32,000 nt of DNA from Vibrio alginolyticus NBRC 15630 = ATCC 17749 (GCF_000354175.2 NC_022359.1:1650001-1682000), one strand, 5' to 3'; positions 1 to 9,355 are shown, counted from the stretch's first letter. Notes: generated by a model not told the origin, from the sequence alone. Made by a program: numbers and translations.

Positions 1-328
1 ATGCAACCACCAAGTCGAACTGTCCACGAAACGCAGGGTGCTGAGCGACCAAGCCGCGAGATAATGCATCTACCACAGGTTCTACGTTGACGAGCTCTTT
101 TTTATCGAGTTCCTCAATCATGGCTTCCGATGCGTCTAATGCTACGATGTCTTTAACCATCGGTGACAATCGTTGACTTAACTGCCCTGTTCCGCATCCA
201 AAATCTAGTACTTTAATGCCATCAAGCTGAGTTAGCTGTTGTAACTGCTCAAACACCGACTGCGCAAATTGCTCTGTTGCTGGATTTGATTCCCAGTTTT
301 TTGCTAAGCCGTCCCAATCTTGTGCCAT
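1..328 (-). CDS. class I SAM-dependent methyltransferase, N-terminal ~109 codons (3' end outside window)
   Basis: Absent from the ORF track because there is no stop in the window. Manual reverse-complement translation is open from ATG 328-326 to base 1 (GGAGG lies 5 nt upstream; alternative ATG at 340). It reads MAQDWDGLAKNWESNPATEQFAQSVFEQLQQLTQLDGIKVLDFGCGTGQLSQRLSPMVKDIVALDASEAMIEEL... VLDFGCGTG is AdoMet-binding motif I, with an acidic post-I residue in ALDAS. Confidence 0.7.
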   Translation of the reverse strand, partial: MAQDWDGLAKNWESNPATEQFAQSVFEQLQQLTQLDGIKVLDFGCGTGQLSQRLSPMVKDIVALDASEAMIEELDKKELVNVEPVVDALSRGLVAQHPAFRGQFDLVVA

Positions 329-499
329 CGTGGCCTCCATGTTCACTTTTTGTAACCCACATAGATTACCGCAAAACCGTTAAAAGACCATAGACTTATC
401 TGGCGGATTCGCGTTTTTTTCGATAATCTTTCATGGCTTTGGGAGCGCATCTGCATAATACCCAAATTATTTGAATTCATTTATTGGTTGTGTCAAATC

Positions 500-1378
500 A
501 TGAACTTAACTCAAGTAGAAGCCTTCTGCACCATCGCTGAGTGTGGTTCTGTTTCTGAAGCGGCAAGGCAACTCGACTGCAATCGTACCAAACTCAGTAT
601 GTCGATTAAGGCATTAGAGAAAGATCTCGACGTTGAATTGTTTAACCGAACTGGCAACCAGCTCACCCTCTCTGAAGCTGGGAAAGCCATTTACAAAGAT
701 TGCGAACACCTACTTATCATCGCACAACGGGTCAGAAAGACCTGCGCTCAAATCTCGGAAGGGTTTAACGCGGAAGTTTGGGTAGCACGTGACGACTCCT
801 TACCTGATGATCTCTGGCAAGAATTATCTCATACATTGAATAACCGCTTTCCTTCAACAACCTTCAACTTAATCTTGGCATCCAGTGGCGACTTAGCCAA
901 CTTGGTCAGTACCCACCAAGTAGATTTTGCTTTCGGCGTTGATTATGAGCGAGTAGACGATCCTCGTATCGTATATAACCCATTAGGCAAGATACGTATG
1001 ATGTCAGTATGCAGTGTAGAACACCGCCTAAGTAAGATGCGCCGTGTCTCAGACGAAGATCTACGTAGTCAGATGCAAGCACTAATGGTGTACCTAAATG
1101 AGAAAGACAACCCTGAACTGCAACCTTTCTCGACTCGATATATTGGTTTTTCGAGTTTTGACTACATGCTGAACACCATCTTAGAAGAAGACGCTTGGGG
1201 CGTGCTTCCAGAACCATTAATCCGCCATTACCTTCGTCAGCAGAAGCTCGCCGTTATCAAACACACATACGGATTGACGCAAGAAGACTACTGTATGTTT
1301 TCACCTAACGGCCATACTGAGCATCCAGCAATGACGTGGTTAGCAGATAAATTGAGCGAGTATTTATTTGACTTCTAA
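500..1378 (+). CDS. LysR-family transcriptional regulator
   Basis: ORF track gives 488..1378. The ATG at 500 gives MNLTQVEAFCTIAECGSVSEAARQLDCNRTKLSMSIKALEKDLDVELFNRTGNQLTLSEAG, a canonical LysR N-terminal winged HTH. The ~290 aa length fits an HTH plus substrate-binding domain. It is divergently arranged with the methyltransferase gene. Confidence 0.85.
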   Translation: MNLTQVEAFCTIAECGSVSEAARQLDCNRTKLSMSIKALEKDLDVELFNRTGNQLTLSEAGKAIYKDCEHLLIIAQRVRKTCAQISEGFNAEVWVARDDSLPDDLWQELSHTLNNRFPSTTFNLILASSGDLANLVSTHQVDFAFGVDYERVDDPRIVYNPLGKIRMMSVCSVEHRLSKMRRVSDEDLRSQMQALMVYLNEKDNPELQPFSTRYIGFSSFDYMLNTILEEDAWGVLPEPLIRHYLRQQKLAVIKHTYGLTQEDYCMFSPNGHTEHPAMTWLADKLSEYLFDF

Positions 1379-1554
1379 ACATTTTATCAGTGAGCGTCAA
1401 TTTTACTGACACCAAAAAATCACAGTAAGCCATTGTTTTATAGGAATATAAATAAAAACGCAATTTTTTAGATTAGTTACTGGTCACTTTGTGGTTGCCT
1501 AAATTACCTTATGAGCGAAGAATAGTAAGGTATTAAAATTCAAAGGCATCTTTT

Positions 1555-2448
1555 ATGTGTGACAGGACAAGCAAAAACGAAAACCGTATTCTAACCATTT
1601 CAGCCCTTTTGGCATCTGGGTTCGCTGCTGGTGGTATGGTACTTGGCTTGCTTGTAGGATCAATTGTCATCGTGTTTGACGGTGTTTACTCTTTGGTCAG
1701 CTTACTGTTAACTTTATTGTCACTGGCCGCTTCTTACTATATTAACAAGCCTTCAAAATCTGTATTCCCATTTGGAAAAGCGGTCTTAGAACCAATCGTT
1801 ATTGCGATAAAAGCAGCCGTCATTTTAGTGGTTGTAAGCTTCTCTCTCTACTCTGCGATATCAGCATTGATGTCTGGAGGTCGCGAGGTCGATGCTTCTA
1901 TTGCGACCTTATTCGGCATCGTGAATGTTATCGGTTGTGGTTACGCTTGGTGGCTTATGGCGAAACGCAGCCGCCGCTTCTCATCAGGCTTGATTGAAGC
2001 GGAGAAAAAACAGTGGCAAATGGATACTTTGTTGAGTGTGGCGGTGACCGTAGGATTTATCTCGGCTTGGGCTGTTTCACTAACGCCATTCTCTGAGTAT
2101 GCGGTATATGCCGACCCCATGATGATGGTTTTAATGGGCTTTTACTTCCTCAAAGTACCGTTCGATATGCTAGTAGGTGCCTTACGTGAACTACTAATGA
2201 TGGCACCAAGCAAAGAGCTGTGTCAGAGCGTTGGCAAAGATGTTCTTGAGATTGAAAAAGTAACTGAGCATCAATTGAAACTGGCTGGCGTAACGAAGGT
2301 GGGCCAAGAGCTACGAGTAAATGTGGACGTACATATTGATGACGACACATTGGAGCTTGATACACTAGAGCACACTCGTAAGCAGCTTATAAAGCGACTG
2401 TCGAAGCACAGATTCAAGCTTCAACTACACTTGAACGTCGCTTATTAG
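1555..2448 (+). CDS. cation diffusion facilitator (CDF)-like membrane transporter
   Basis: 297 aa. The N-terminal ~200 aa carry about 6 hydrophobic segments, with conserved Asp in TM2-like (FDGVYSLVS) and TM5-like (QMDTLLSV) positions. A soluble C-terminal domain follows. A terminator lies downstream. The family call comes from layout and motifs only. Confidence 0.55.
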   Translation: MCDRTSKNENRILTISALLASGFAAGGMVLGLLVGSIVIVFDGVYSLVSLLLTLLSLAASYYINKPSKSVFPFGKAVLEPIVIAIKAAVILVVVSFSLYSAISALMSGGREVDASIATLFGIVNVIGCGYAWWLMAKRSRRFSSGLIEAEKKQWQMDTLLSVAVTVGFISAWAVSLTPFSEYAVYADPMMMVLMGFYFLKVPFDMLVGALRELLMMAPSKELCQSVGKDVLEIEKVTEHQLKLAGVTKVGQELRVNVDVHIDDDTLELDTLEHTRKQLIKRLSKHRFKLQLHLNVAY

Positions 2449-2479
2449 AGTGCCACCAAAGAGCCGTTAAAACTCAATA

Positions 2480-2508
2480 AAAAGCTCCCAATCTCGGGAG
2501 CTTTTTTA
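2480..2508 (+). terminator. rho-independent terminator after the CDF gene
   Basis: agctccc / gggagct stem (2483-2489 / 2496-2502) followed by a T5 run. Confidence 0.8.
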
Positions 2509-2599
2509 ATTTTTTCGATTTAGTTTCTTCGTATTCGAATACAGCTCGCAAGGGAGATCTGTTCGTTGCTCACTTAAATTCTCTGATCTCGTTGGTAAC

Positions 2600-3502
2600 T
2601 TACCCAGCCGCTTCGCGCTTCTCTTTGGTGACTAACCAACACATCAGCGAGCCCACCGTTACCATCACAACGCCCTGCCAAAAGCTATGGCTCAGAGTTA
2701 CGCCAAGAATAATGGAAGAAAATAAAGCGGAAAAAATGGGTGTGAAGTAAGACAAGGTGGCGAGAAAAACCATATTGCCGCCAACGATCGCGATATTCCA
2801 TAAACCATAACCACCAGCCATTAAAGCCGCAGAGGCCACTAAGTACCCCATCGCTTCCCAACTGAATGTCATTGGTGGCTCATCCGTAAACGCGTATTTG
2901 ACCCAAAGCGAAACAGCTGTTGCAATAAAAAACAGGGTAATCGCATTATGTTTAGATTGCTGCCTTTGGGTTAAGTTGCAATAAAAAGCCCATATAACCG
3001 CGCCAGCGAAAGCCATAAAATACACCAGAGGGTTACTACTAACATTGGACATGATCTGAGTTATGGATAAGCCATTCTCACCGCTCACAGTCCAAGCAAC
3101 CCCAACAAACGCCAGCGTAACTGCGGGATAAAGCAACCAGTTTGTTTTTTTATTGCTGCCAAGGACCGCAAATAAAACCGTCAGTGCGGGCCAAAGGTAA
3201 TTGACAATCGACACCTCAATTGCCTGCGCGCGCGAGTTGGAATATCCCAAAGATAGAGCGAGAAATATTTCATAACAGACGAACATCGCACCACCAAGCG
3301 CAAGATACTTGGGAGAAAAGTAAGACAACTTTGGAATACCGACCACGATAAGAAGGAAAACAGAGCTAAGAGAGTACAACATGGCTGCCCCGCCTACAGG
3401 ACCTAAACTCTCCGTAACCAACCTCGCGATGCCAAGCAGACAACTCCAAGAGAGAATCGCGATACAACCATAAAGTGTGAAACGAAATTGCACTGATTTC
3501 AT
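2600..3502 (-). CDS. EamA/DMT-family transporter (YddG-like exporter)
   Basis: ORF track gives 2600..3514 from a GTG; the ATG at 3502 gives MKSVQFRFTLYGCIAILSWS.... About 300 aa, about 10 hydrophobic segments and a duplicated EamA-like layout. Confidence 0.6.
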   Translation of the reverse strand: MKSVQFRFTLYGCIAILSWSCLLGIARLVTESLGPVGGAAMLYSLSSVFLLIVVGIPKLSYFSPKYLALGGAMFVCYEIFLALSLGYSNSRAQAIEVSIVNYLWPALTVLFAVLGSNKKTNWLLYPAVTLAFVGVAWTVSGENGLSITQIMSNVSSNPLVYFMAFAGAVIWAFYCNLTQRQQSKHNAITLFFIATAVSLWVKYAFTDEPPMTFSWEAMGYLVASAALMAGGYGLWNIAIVGGNMVFLATLSYFTPIFSALFSSIILGVTLSHSFWQGVVMVTVGSLMCWLVTKEKREAAG

Positions 3503-3622
3503 GTGACCTACCACTCACGAATGCCAAAGGAAACGTCAGCTTAACTCAAAAATGATCAGGTTCAACGTACTGTTTTATAAAAATCAGTATAAAAATCATT
3601 CTATTAAGCCGTTGGAGTTGAT

Positions 3623-3772
3623 ATGAAACATTTTCTGCCCTCTAGTGTTATGCTTACACCCTTTGTTGTGCGCTACTATGATGAAGATGACAACGAGAGT
3701 GAAAACGTTAAAACACATTCGGAAACGCATGGTCTAGATAGCGAAGAGCAATCTAAGGAACGTTCAGAGTAA
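3623..3772 (+). CDS. small acidic hypothetical protein (49 aa)
   Basis: Below the ORF-track size cut-off; found by eye. ATG at 3623 has GGAG 6 nt upstream. Translation is MKHFLPSSVMLTPFVVRYYDEDDNESENVKTHSETHGLDSEEQSKERSE, with the stop 12 nt before the elbB start. No family recognised. Confidence 0.35.
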   Translation: MKHFLPSSVMLTPFVVRYYDEDDNESENVKTHSETHGLDSEEQSKERSE

Positions 3773-3784
3773 AGGAATCCAAAC

Positions 3785-4435
3785 ATGAAAAAAGTCGCAG
3801 TCATTTTAAGTGGTTCAGGCGTTTACGACGGTTCTGAGATCCACGAAGCAGTGTTGGCGCTCTACGCCATCGAGAAGGCAGGTGCAACTTGGCACTGCTT
3901 TGCACCTAACATTGACCAACTCCACGTCATCAATCACCTAACTGGTGACGAAATGGATGAAACACGTAACGTATTGATCGAATCAGCTCGTATTGCACGC
4001 GGAAATATTGACGATGTCGCCAAACTTAACGTCGATGAATACGATGCCCTACTGCTTCCAGGTGGGTTTGGTGCCGCGAAAAACTTAACCGACTTCGCTG
4101 TTTCGGGTGCGGAGTGCTCCATTAACACACACGTAGCTCAAGCTTGTCGCGCGTTTGCTAATGCGAAAAAACCAGCTGGCTATCTGTGTATTTCTCCTGT
4201 CATTATTCCGATGATTTATGAGCAAGGCGTGAAAGGAACGGTAGGCAACGATGAGGCAGTCTCAATAGCATTTAATCAAATGGGGGGTGAACACACCACG
4301 TGCCCTGTCGAAGACATCGTTTTTGATGAAAAACACCTCGTACTTTCAACCCCTGCTTACATGTTGGCAGAGAATATCTCTCAAGCGGCTTCAGGTATCG
4401 AAAAGTTAGTATCAAAACTGATTAAAATAGCTTAA
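3785..4435 (+). CDS. elbB: ElbB, DJ-1/PfpI-superfamily glyoxalase-like protein
   Basis: 216 aa. MKKVAVILSGSGVYDGSEIHEAVLALYAIEKAGA..., PGGFGAAKNL and TPAYMLA are collinear with E. coli ElbB as I recall it. Confidence 0.85.
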   Translation: MKKVAVILSGSGVYDGSEIHEAVLALYAIEKAGATWHCFAPNIDQLHVINHLTGDEMDETRNVLIESARIARGNIDDVAKLNVDEYDALLLPGGFGAAKNLTDFAVSGAECSINTHVAQACRAFANAKKPAGYLCISPVIIPMIYEQGVKGTVGNDEAVSIAFNQMGGEHTTCPVEDIVFDEKHLVLSTPAYMLAENISQAASGIEKLVSKLIKIA

Positions 4436-4467
4436 TTATTAGTAGTTAGCTTATAAAACACTTCCCT

Positions 4468-4506
4468 ATCCCCATTGATAATTAAGTTATTAATGGGGAT
4501 TTTTTA
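4468..4506 (+). terminator. rho-independent terminator after elbB
   Basis: atccccatt / aatggggat stem (4468-4476 / 4492-4500) followed by TTTTT. Confidence 0.75.
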
Positions 4507-4768
4507 TACTTTAGTCGAATTTAGAGATATATCCGCGTCAGAAGTCAATTTCTGCCAATCGTTTGCGTCCATAGTTTCATATTTGTTCTACTTTATATCA
4601 GTGTTGCACTTATACGCAGTGCAACAAGATCACTGTCACAGTTTTTCTCTTGCAAGTACCTCTAAGTGGGTAAACTTGCTTTAGATCAACTTCAATCTGG
4701 AAACGAATGTGCGACAGTAAATGGCAAATTAAGAAAGATTATTAAAAATAACGACGGAGCTATCCAAT

Positions 4769-5917
4769 ATGACAAGTGCATTTTTTATCCCTACGGTAAA
4801 CCTAATGGGCGCTGGTTGTTTGAAAGACGCAGCAGACAGCATCCAATCTCAAGGCTTTAAAAAAGGTTTGATCGTTACGGATAAGATCCTTAACCAAATC
4901 GGTGTAGTCAAACAAGTTCAAGACCTTCTCACTGAGCGCGATGTAGCAACCGTTGTGTTTGATGGCACTCAACCAAATCCAACTATCAGCAACGTTAACG
5001 ACGGCTTAGCACTTCTTACTGATAACGAATGTGACTTCGTTATCTCTCTAGGCGGCGGTTCACCACACGACTGTGCGAAAGGTATCGCGCTTGTTGCTTC
5101 TAACGGCGGCAAAATCGCAGATTACGAAGGCGTAGACCAATCTGCAAAACCAATGATGCCACTTATCGCGATCAACACGACGGCGGGTACTGCATCTGAA
5201 ATGACGCGTTTCTGCATCATCACTGACGAAGAGCGTCACATTAAGATGGCTATCGTTGATAAGCACACAACACCGCTTATCTCGGTAAACGATCCAGAGC
5301 TAATGCTCGCTAAACCTGCTTCGCTAACTGCGGCAACAGGTATGGATGCCCTAACTCACGCGATTGAAGCTTACGTATCTATCGCGGCAACACCAATCAC
5401 TGATGCAGTAGCAATCAAAGCGATTGAGCTTATCCAAGCTTACCTACGCACAGCAGTGAAAAACGGTGAAGATCTAGAAGCTCGTGAACAAATGGCATAC
5501 GCACAGTTCATGGCGGGTATGGCGTTCAACAACGCTTCTCTAGGTTACGTACACGCAATGGCACACCAGCTAGGTGGTTTCTACGACCTTCCACACGGTG
5601 TTTGTAACGCGATTCTTCTACCTCACGTACAGCGTTACAACGCGCAAGTATGTCCTGAGCGTCTACGTGACGTAGCAAAAGCAATGGGCGTAAACGTAGA
5701 AGGCATGTCTGCTGAAGAAGGTGCAGCGGCAGCAATCGACGCTATCGTTACTCTAGCGAAAGATGTGGGTATCCCAGCAGGTATTAAAGAGCTTGGTGCG
5801 AAACTAGAAGACATCCCAACACTAGCAGACAACGCACTGAAAGACGCTTGTGGTTTCACTAACCCTAAACAAGCAACTCACGAAGAAATCTCTAAGATCT
5901 TCGAAGAAGCGATGTAA
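4769..5917 (+). CDS. yiaY: iron-containing (group III) alcohol dehydrogenase, YiaY/AdhB-like
   Basis: 382 aa. Contains [84 protein letters not shown] and [11 protein letters not shown], near-collinear with E. coli YiaY and Zymomonas ADH II as recalled. GGAG lies 9 nt upstream. Confidence 0.9.
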   Translation: MTSAFFIPTVNLMGAGCLKDAADSIQSQGFKKGLIVTDKILNQIGVVKQVQDLLTERDVATVVFDGTQPNPTISNVNDGLALLTDNECDFVISLGGGSPHDCAKGIALVASNGGKIADYEGVDQSAKPMMPLIAINTTAGTASEMTRFCIITDEERHIKMAIVDKHTTPLISVNDPELMLAKPASLTAATGMDALTHAIEAYVSIAATPITDAVAIKAIELIQAYLRTAVKNGEDLEAREQMAYAQFMAGMAFNNASLGYVHAMAHQLGGFYDLPHGVCNAILLPHVQRYNAQVCPERLRDVAKAMGVNVEGMSAEEGAAAAIDAIVTLAKDVGIPAGIKELGAKLEDIPTLADNALKDACGFTNPKQATHEEISKIFEEAM

Positions 5918-5952
5918 TCTCGCTACATAAACAATTCTCTAGCCTTAATTCA

Positions 5953-5981
5953 ATCCCCGATCTCGTATCGGGGATTTTTTA
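5953..5981 (+). terminator. rho-independent terminator after the alcohol dehydrogenase gene
   Basis: atccccga / tcggggat stem followed by a T6 run. Confidence 0.8.
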
Positions 5982-6066
5982 CATTCATATACAAGTGAAT
6001 CTCTGCCAAACATAGTCTTTTAGTGTTAGCTTTTAAGTATTAACACGATTCATATTGGAAGGAACC

Positions 6067-7143
6067 ATGAGAACGATTGCTGCTACCCTACTCGCTTGTT
6101 TATCCTTTTCTGCCAACACTGCCGAATACCGCGCCAACGAAGTGGCGAGTGGATTTCAGATCCCTTGGGGGATCGAGTTCTTAGATAATCAACGCGTTAT
6201 CGTCAATCAAAAGAACGGTACGGTTTCGTTGCTGGATATCACCACAGGCAAACCTCAAAAGCTGTTTAACGTTCCCGATGTGAACACCAGTGGACAAGCC
6301 GGCTTATTGGATGTCGCGCTCGCACCGAATGCCGATAAGCAAAACCCGCAACTCTTCTTTACCTACAGCAAGCGAACGAGTAAAGGCAATACGGTGGCGT
6401 TAGCGACGGCGCAATTGCAAAACAATCAGCTTGTAGGTTGGAAAGATCTCTTTGTTGCTGATGCCTTCACCGATACAGGTCGCCACTACGGCAGTCGAAT
6501 TTCATTTGTAGACGATAAAGTTTACTTCTCAATCGGTGACCGTGGCGAACGTGATAATGGACAAGACACTCAAACCCATGCTGGCAGTATTCTACGCCTT
6601 AATCTTGATGGTTCGGTTCCGCAAGACAACCCATTCAAACCTTCCGAAGCTCGTCATGAGATATGGAGTTACGGGCACCGTAACCCACAAGGTATGTTTT
6701 ACGACGAAGCAACAAAACAGCTGTGGTCGATTGAACATGGACCACGGGGTGGCGATGAAATTAATCTAATCAAGAAAGGCGCGAACTACGGCTGGGCAAA
6801 AGTCTCTCATGGTAAAGAGTATTGGGGTCCGTTGGACGTCGGGGAAGCTAAGTCGTTATCGGGAATGGAAGATCCAAAACTGGTATACATCCCTTCTATC
6901 GCACCAAGTAACATGATTTTGTACCGTGGCGATAAGTACCCTGAATTGGACGGAAAAATCCTCGCCGGTGCATTGAAACTGGCGCACATCAACGTAGTTT
7001 CTATTGAGAATGGCAAGCTCACCGAATCAAAAAGATTGATGGAGAATCTTGGTGAGCGAGTAAGAGATATAACCATCAGCCCCGATGGTTATATCTACTT
7101 TTCTACCGACAGCGGCAAAATCTTTCGTCTTGAGGAAAGGTAA
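6067..7143 (+). CDS. PQQ-dependent soluble sugar (glucose/sorbosone) dehydrogenase, YliI family, secreted
   Basis: ORF track gives 6055..7143 from a TTG. The ATG at 6067 follows GGAAGGA. Signal peptide MRTIAATLLACLSFSANTA. Contains GLLDVALAP, HYGSRI, GDRGE, GSILRLNLDGSVPQDNPF, SYGHRNPQG, EHGPRGGDEIN and GANYGW, typical of the beta-propeller aldose dehydrogenases. Confidence 0.85.
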   Translation: MRTIAATLLACLSFSANTAEYRANEVASGFQIPWGIEFLDNQRVIVNQKNGTVSLLDITTGKPQKLFNVPDVNTSGQAGLLDVALAPNADKQNPQLFFTYSKRTSKGNTVALATAQLQNNQLVGWKDLFVADAFTDTGRHYGSRISFVDDKVYFSIGDRGERDNGQDTQTHAGSILRLNLDGSVPQDNPFKPSEARHEIWSYGHRNPQGMFYDEATKQLWSIEHGPRGGDEINLIKKGANYGWAKVSHGKEYWGPLDVGEAKSLSGMEDPKLVYIPSIAPSNMILYRGDKYPELDGKILAGALKLAHINVVSIENGKLTESKRLMENLGERVRDITISPDGYIYFSTDSGKIFRLEER

Positions 7144-7286
7144 TCAAACACTAAAATCGTTAAGACTATTTAATTTGTGACGTACTAGTGATTTATTTTC
7201 GTACAATCCAAGCAGAAGAATCTAAACTTAACAAATAACCTTTTGTTTTTTAAAACGATAGTTCGGTTAAGTTGTACGAGGTCATT

Positions 7287-7902
7287 ATGATTCCATTCCC
7301 TTTACAGCTCGATAAAATTAAAGCCGTGGTGTTTGATTTAGACAACACCTTAGGTGAGTTCTGATATGAACTTCGGCGAATTGCGACAACAGCTTGGCTG
7401 TCCGCAGAGTGAAGATCTATTGGATTTTGTCGACGCACTTGAGCACCCTCATCATCGAGAGCACGCTCATAACGTGATATTTGATTACGAGATTTCTGAT
7501 GCTGAGCAGTCTGCTCCAATGATTGGCTGCCATGAATTACTCGCCCACTTGCATCAAAATGAAATCAAAACCGCTATCGTGACGCGCAACTGCCAAATCG
7601 CCACGCAGCGCAAACTAGAGCACAACCAAATCTCAGTGGAACGAGTCATCACTCGTGAATGCTTCCCGCCCAAGCCAGACCCATTGTCTTTGCAGGTGTT
7701 GGCGAAAGAGTGGCGTTTGATGCCTAATGAAGTGCTTTATGTCGGCGATTACCTTTACGACTTGCAGGCAGCGTATAACGCGCAGATGCCCTCTTGCCTT
7801 GTTCATCACGGTAATCAAGAAACCTTCAATGATTCAGCCTCATTGGCGCTTAATGAACTCAGTGATTTATTGAGCCGTTTCGAATCCTTACCACGCAAAT
7901 AA
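7287..7902 (+). pseudogene. HAD-superfamily hydrolase interrupted by a +1 frameshift near 7353/7354
   Basis: ATG 7287 (GAGG upstream) encodes MIPFPLQLDKIKAVVFDLDNTLGEF*, with stop at 7362-7364. This carries HAD motif I, DxDxT. The rest of the enzyme (motif II VTRN, motif IV GDYLYD) is in the +1 frame, ORF 7354..7902. Removing one G from TTAGGTG restores ...DLDNTLVSSDMNFGELR.... Confidence 0.8.
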
Positions 7903-7924
7903 AGCACACATATAAAATACGCAA

Positions 7925-8535
7925 GTAAATTACCACCTTCTAAAGAAGGTGGCTTTGTGTGAGCCCCCTAAAAGGGGGCCTTTGTTTAGTCCAGCGCCAA
8001 TTGCTGCTGCTCTACTCGCTCTTGCTTCTCTTGATGTCTTACATATCGGCGTATTATTTCTTCATTGATTCCAACACTATCGACAAAATAGCCTCTTTGC
8101 CAAAAGTGATTACCCCAAAGCCTGTTCTTCCTAAGGTGAGGAAACTTGCTAAATAGCTTTAAGGCTATTTTGCCTTTCAATACCCCCATCAACTTGGATA
8201 TCGAAAGCTTTGGTGGGACCTTTACAACTAAATGTACGTGGTCAACTTGTACGTTTAGCTCTACGACTTCACATCCAAGTTGATTACAGTAAACATAAAT
8301 ACATCGATAAACTTCTTTACCTATATTGTTCTTCAAGATCCTAAATCGATACTTTGGCGTCCACACTATATGGTATTGACAACGCCAAAATACGTGGGAA
8401 GCTTGATTGTATCTACTCATGTTATTTGTCCTCTTTGACTTCTGGAAAAATCAAAGACGCATTTAGCATGAGTAGTTTTACAGGCAAAGCCGAAACGGAT
8501 GATAACCACCTACTGAAGTAGGTGGTTTAGGGCTG
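7925..8535 (-). mobile_element. IS200-type insertion sequence (IS200/IS605 family, tnpA only); boundaries approximate
   Basis: A Y1/HUH transposase gene is flanked by two related subterminal hairpins. These are ccaccttc-taaa-gaaggtgg (7933-7952) and aaccacctac-tgaa-gtaggtggtt (8504-8527). A further stem (tctttga ... tcaaaga, ~8436-8462) overlaps the tnpA ribosome-binding region, as described for IS200. No terminal inverted repeats, as expected for this family. Confidence 0.8.
7986..8420 (-). CDS. tnpA: IS200/IS605-family Y1 (HUH) transposase TnpA
   Basis: 144 aa. Contains YHIVWTPKYR, the HUH motif in VDHVHLVV, and WQRGYF...RRYVRHQ carrying the catalytic Tyr region. Confidence 0.92.
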   Translation of the reverse strand: MSRYNQASHVFWRCQYHIVWTPKYRFRILKNNIGKEVYRCIYVYCNQLGCEVVELNVQVDHVHLVVKVPPKLSISKLMGVLKGKIALKLFSKFPHLRKNRLWGNHFWQRGYFVDSVGINEEIIRRYVRHQEKQERVEQQQLALD

Positions 8536-8540
8536 AAAAC

Positions 8541-8564
8541 AAAAAAAGGGCACCAACGTGCCCC
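8541..8564 (-). terminator. rho-independent terminator of dps
   Basis: On the minus strand, a gggcac-gttg-gtgccc hairpin is followed by T7 (A7 at 8541-8547 on the plus strand). Confidence 0.8.
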
Positions 8565-8623
8565 TTATGACTTATTCCCGATTGTTTCATGCGTTCCCAA
8601 GGATTGCTTGGGTGATGCGCTGC

Positions 8624-9103
8624 TTAGCCTTGTAGGTAAGCGTTAAGCATCCACATTAATTTTTCTTGCTCACGGATGTAGTCACCCATCAATGCCGCTG
8701 TACCTTCGTCATCTGCTTCACCCGCGTTTTGTAGAATCTCACGCTGTTTTAGAAGTAGAACGCTAAAGCCTTGAACCAGACCTTGTACACACTCCTCACC
8801 AGAAGTCGCGTTTTGATGTTCTTTAATTTCACTTGCTTCCAAGTAGTTGCTGAATGCGTGCGCTGGCGTATGACCCAAAGTTAGAATACGCTCTGCAAGC
8901 TCATCGATTTTTGTTTGTAGATCAGTGTAAATCTCTTCAAATTTTACGTGCAGTTCGAAGAATTGCGCACCTTTAATGTTCCAGTGGTAACCGCGAGAGT
9001 TCATGTACAACACTTGGTAATGCGCTAGCAGTTGATTGAGCTGTTGAGCTAGTTGTGCTGATTGTTCGCTGTCTAGACCAATTAGGCTTACTTGTTTGTT
9101 CAT
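8624..9103 (-). CDS. dps: Dps, DNA-protection-during-starvation ferritin-like protein
   Basis: 159 aa. Contains LNQLLAHYQVLYMNSRGYHWNIKG..FFELHVKFEE.Y and a four-helix ferritin-like layout. AGGAG lies 7 nt upstream. Confidence 0.9.
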   Translation of the reverse strand: MNKQVSLIGLDSEQSAQLAQQLNQLLAHYQVLYMNSRGYHWNIKGAQFFELHVKFEEIYTDLQTKIDELAERILTLGHTPAHAFSNYLEASEIKEHQNATSGEECVQGLVQGFSVLLLKQREILQNAGEADDEGTAALMGDYIREQEKLMWMLNAYLQG

Positions 9104-9311
9104 AATCTTGCTCCTAGAAGGATGATACCAATCGTAGTAACGAACGATTCTCTTACCGGGATTGGTATAAAGTTTAAAAATTCTTTTGCAGTATTTGCTG
9201 CCGATGGAGTCATATTACGACTCCGGCTCGGCGAAGAGAATTTGGTTTTAGCTATGATTTAAATAGCCAAATCCAATGAGCAAGTAGACGAATATCGGCG
9301 TATCATCCAAC

Positions 9312-9355
9312 AAAAAGCCCCAACCCTTTTTGTGTAAAAAGGGTTGGCTTTTTTA
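9312..9355 (-). terminator. bidirectional-looking rho-independent terminator, functionally downstream of the MCP gene
   Basis: ccaacccttttt / aaaaagggttgg 12-bp stem (9320-9331 / 9336-9347) with T-runs on both strands. Confidence 0.8.

Noticed and set aside
4640-4700. Possible FNR/CRP-type sites upstream of the iron alcohol dehydrogenase (TAGAT-caac-TTCAA; TCACTGTCACA).
   Set aside because: Half-site matches are only 3/5 or lack the partner half-site, so they are indistinguishable from chance in AT-rich DNA.
4475-4860. ORFs 4475..4684 (69 aa) and 4666..4860 (64 aa) upstream of and overlapping the alcohol dehydrogenase start.
   Set aside because: The first starts inside the elbB terminator loop and the second overlaps the well-supported adh start. 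Neither has a ribosome-binding site, and their composition looks like translated AT-rich intergenic DNA.
7959-8156. Plus-strand 65-aa ORF antisense to tnpA, and the 89-aa minus-strand ORF 7250..7519 antisense to the HAD gene.
   Set aside because: Both lie wholly within better-supported genes on the opposite strand, have leucine-rich or low-complexity sequences, and have no RBS.
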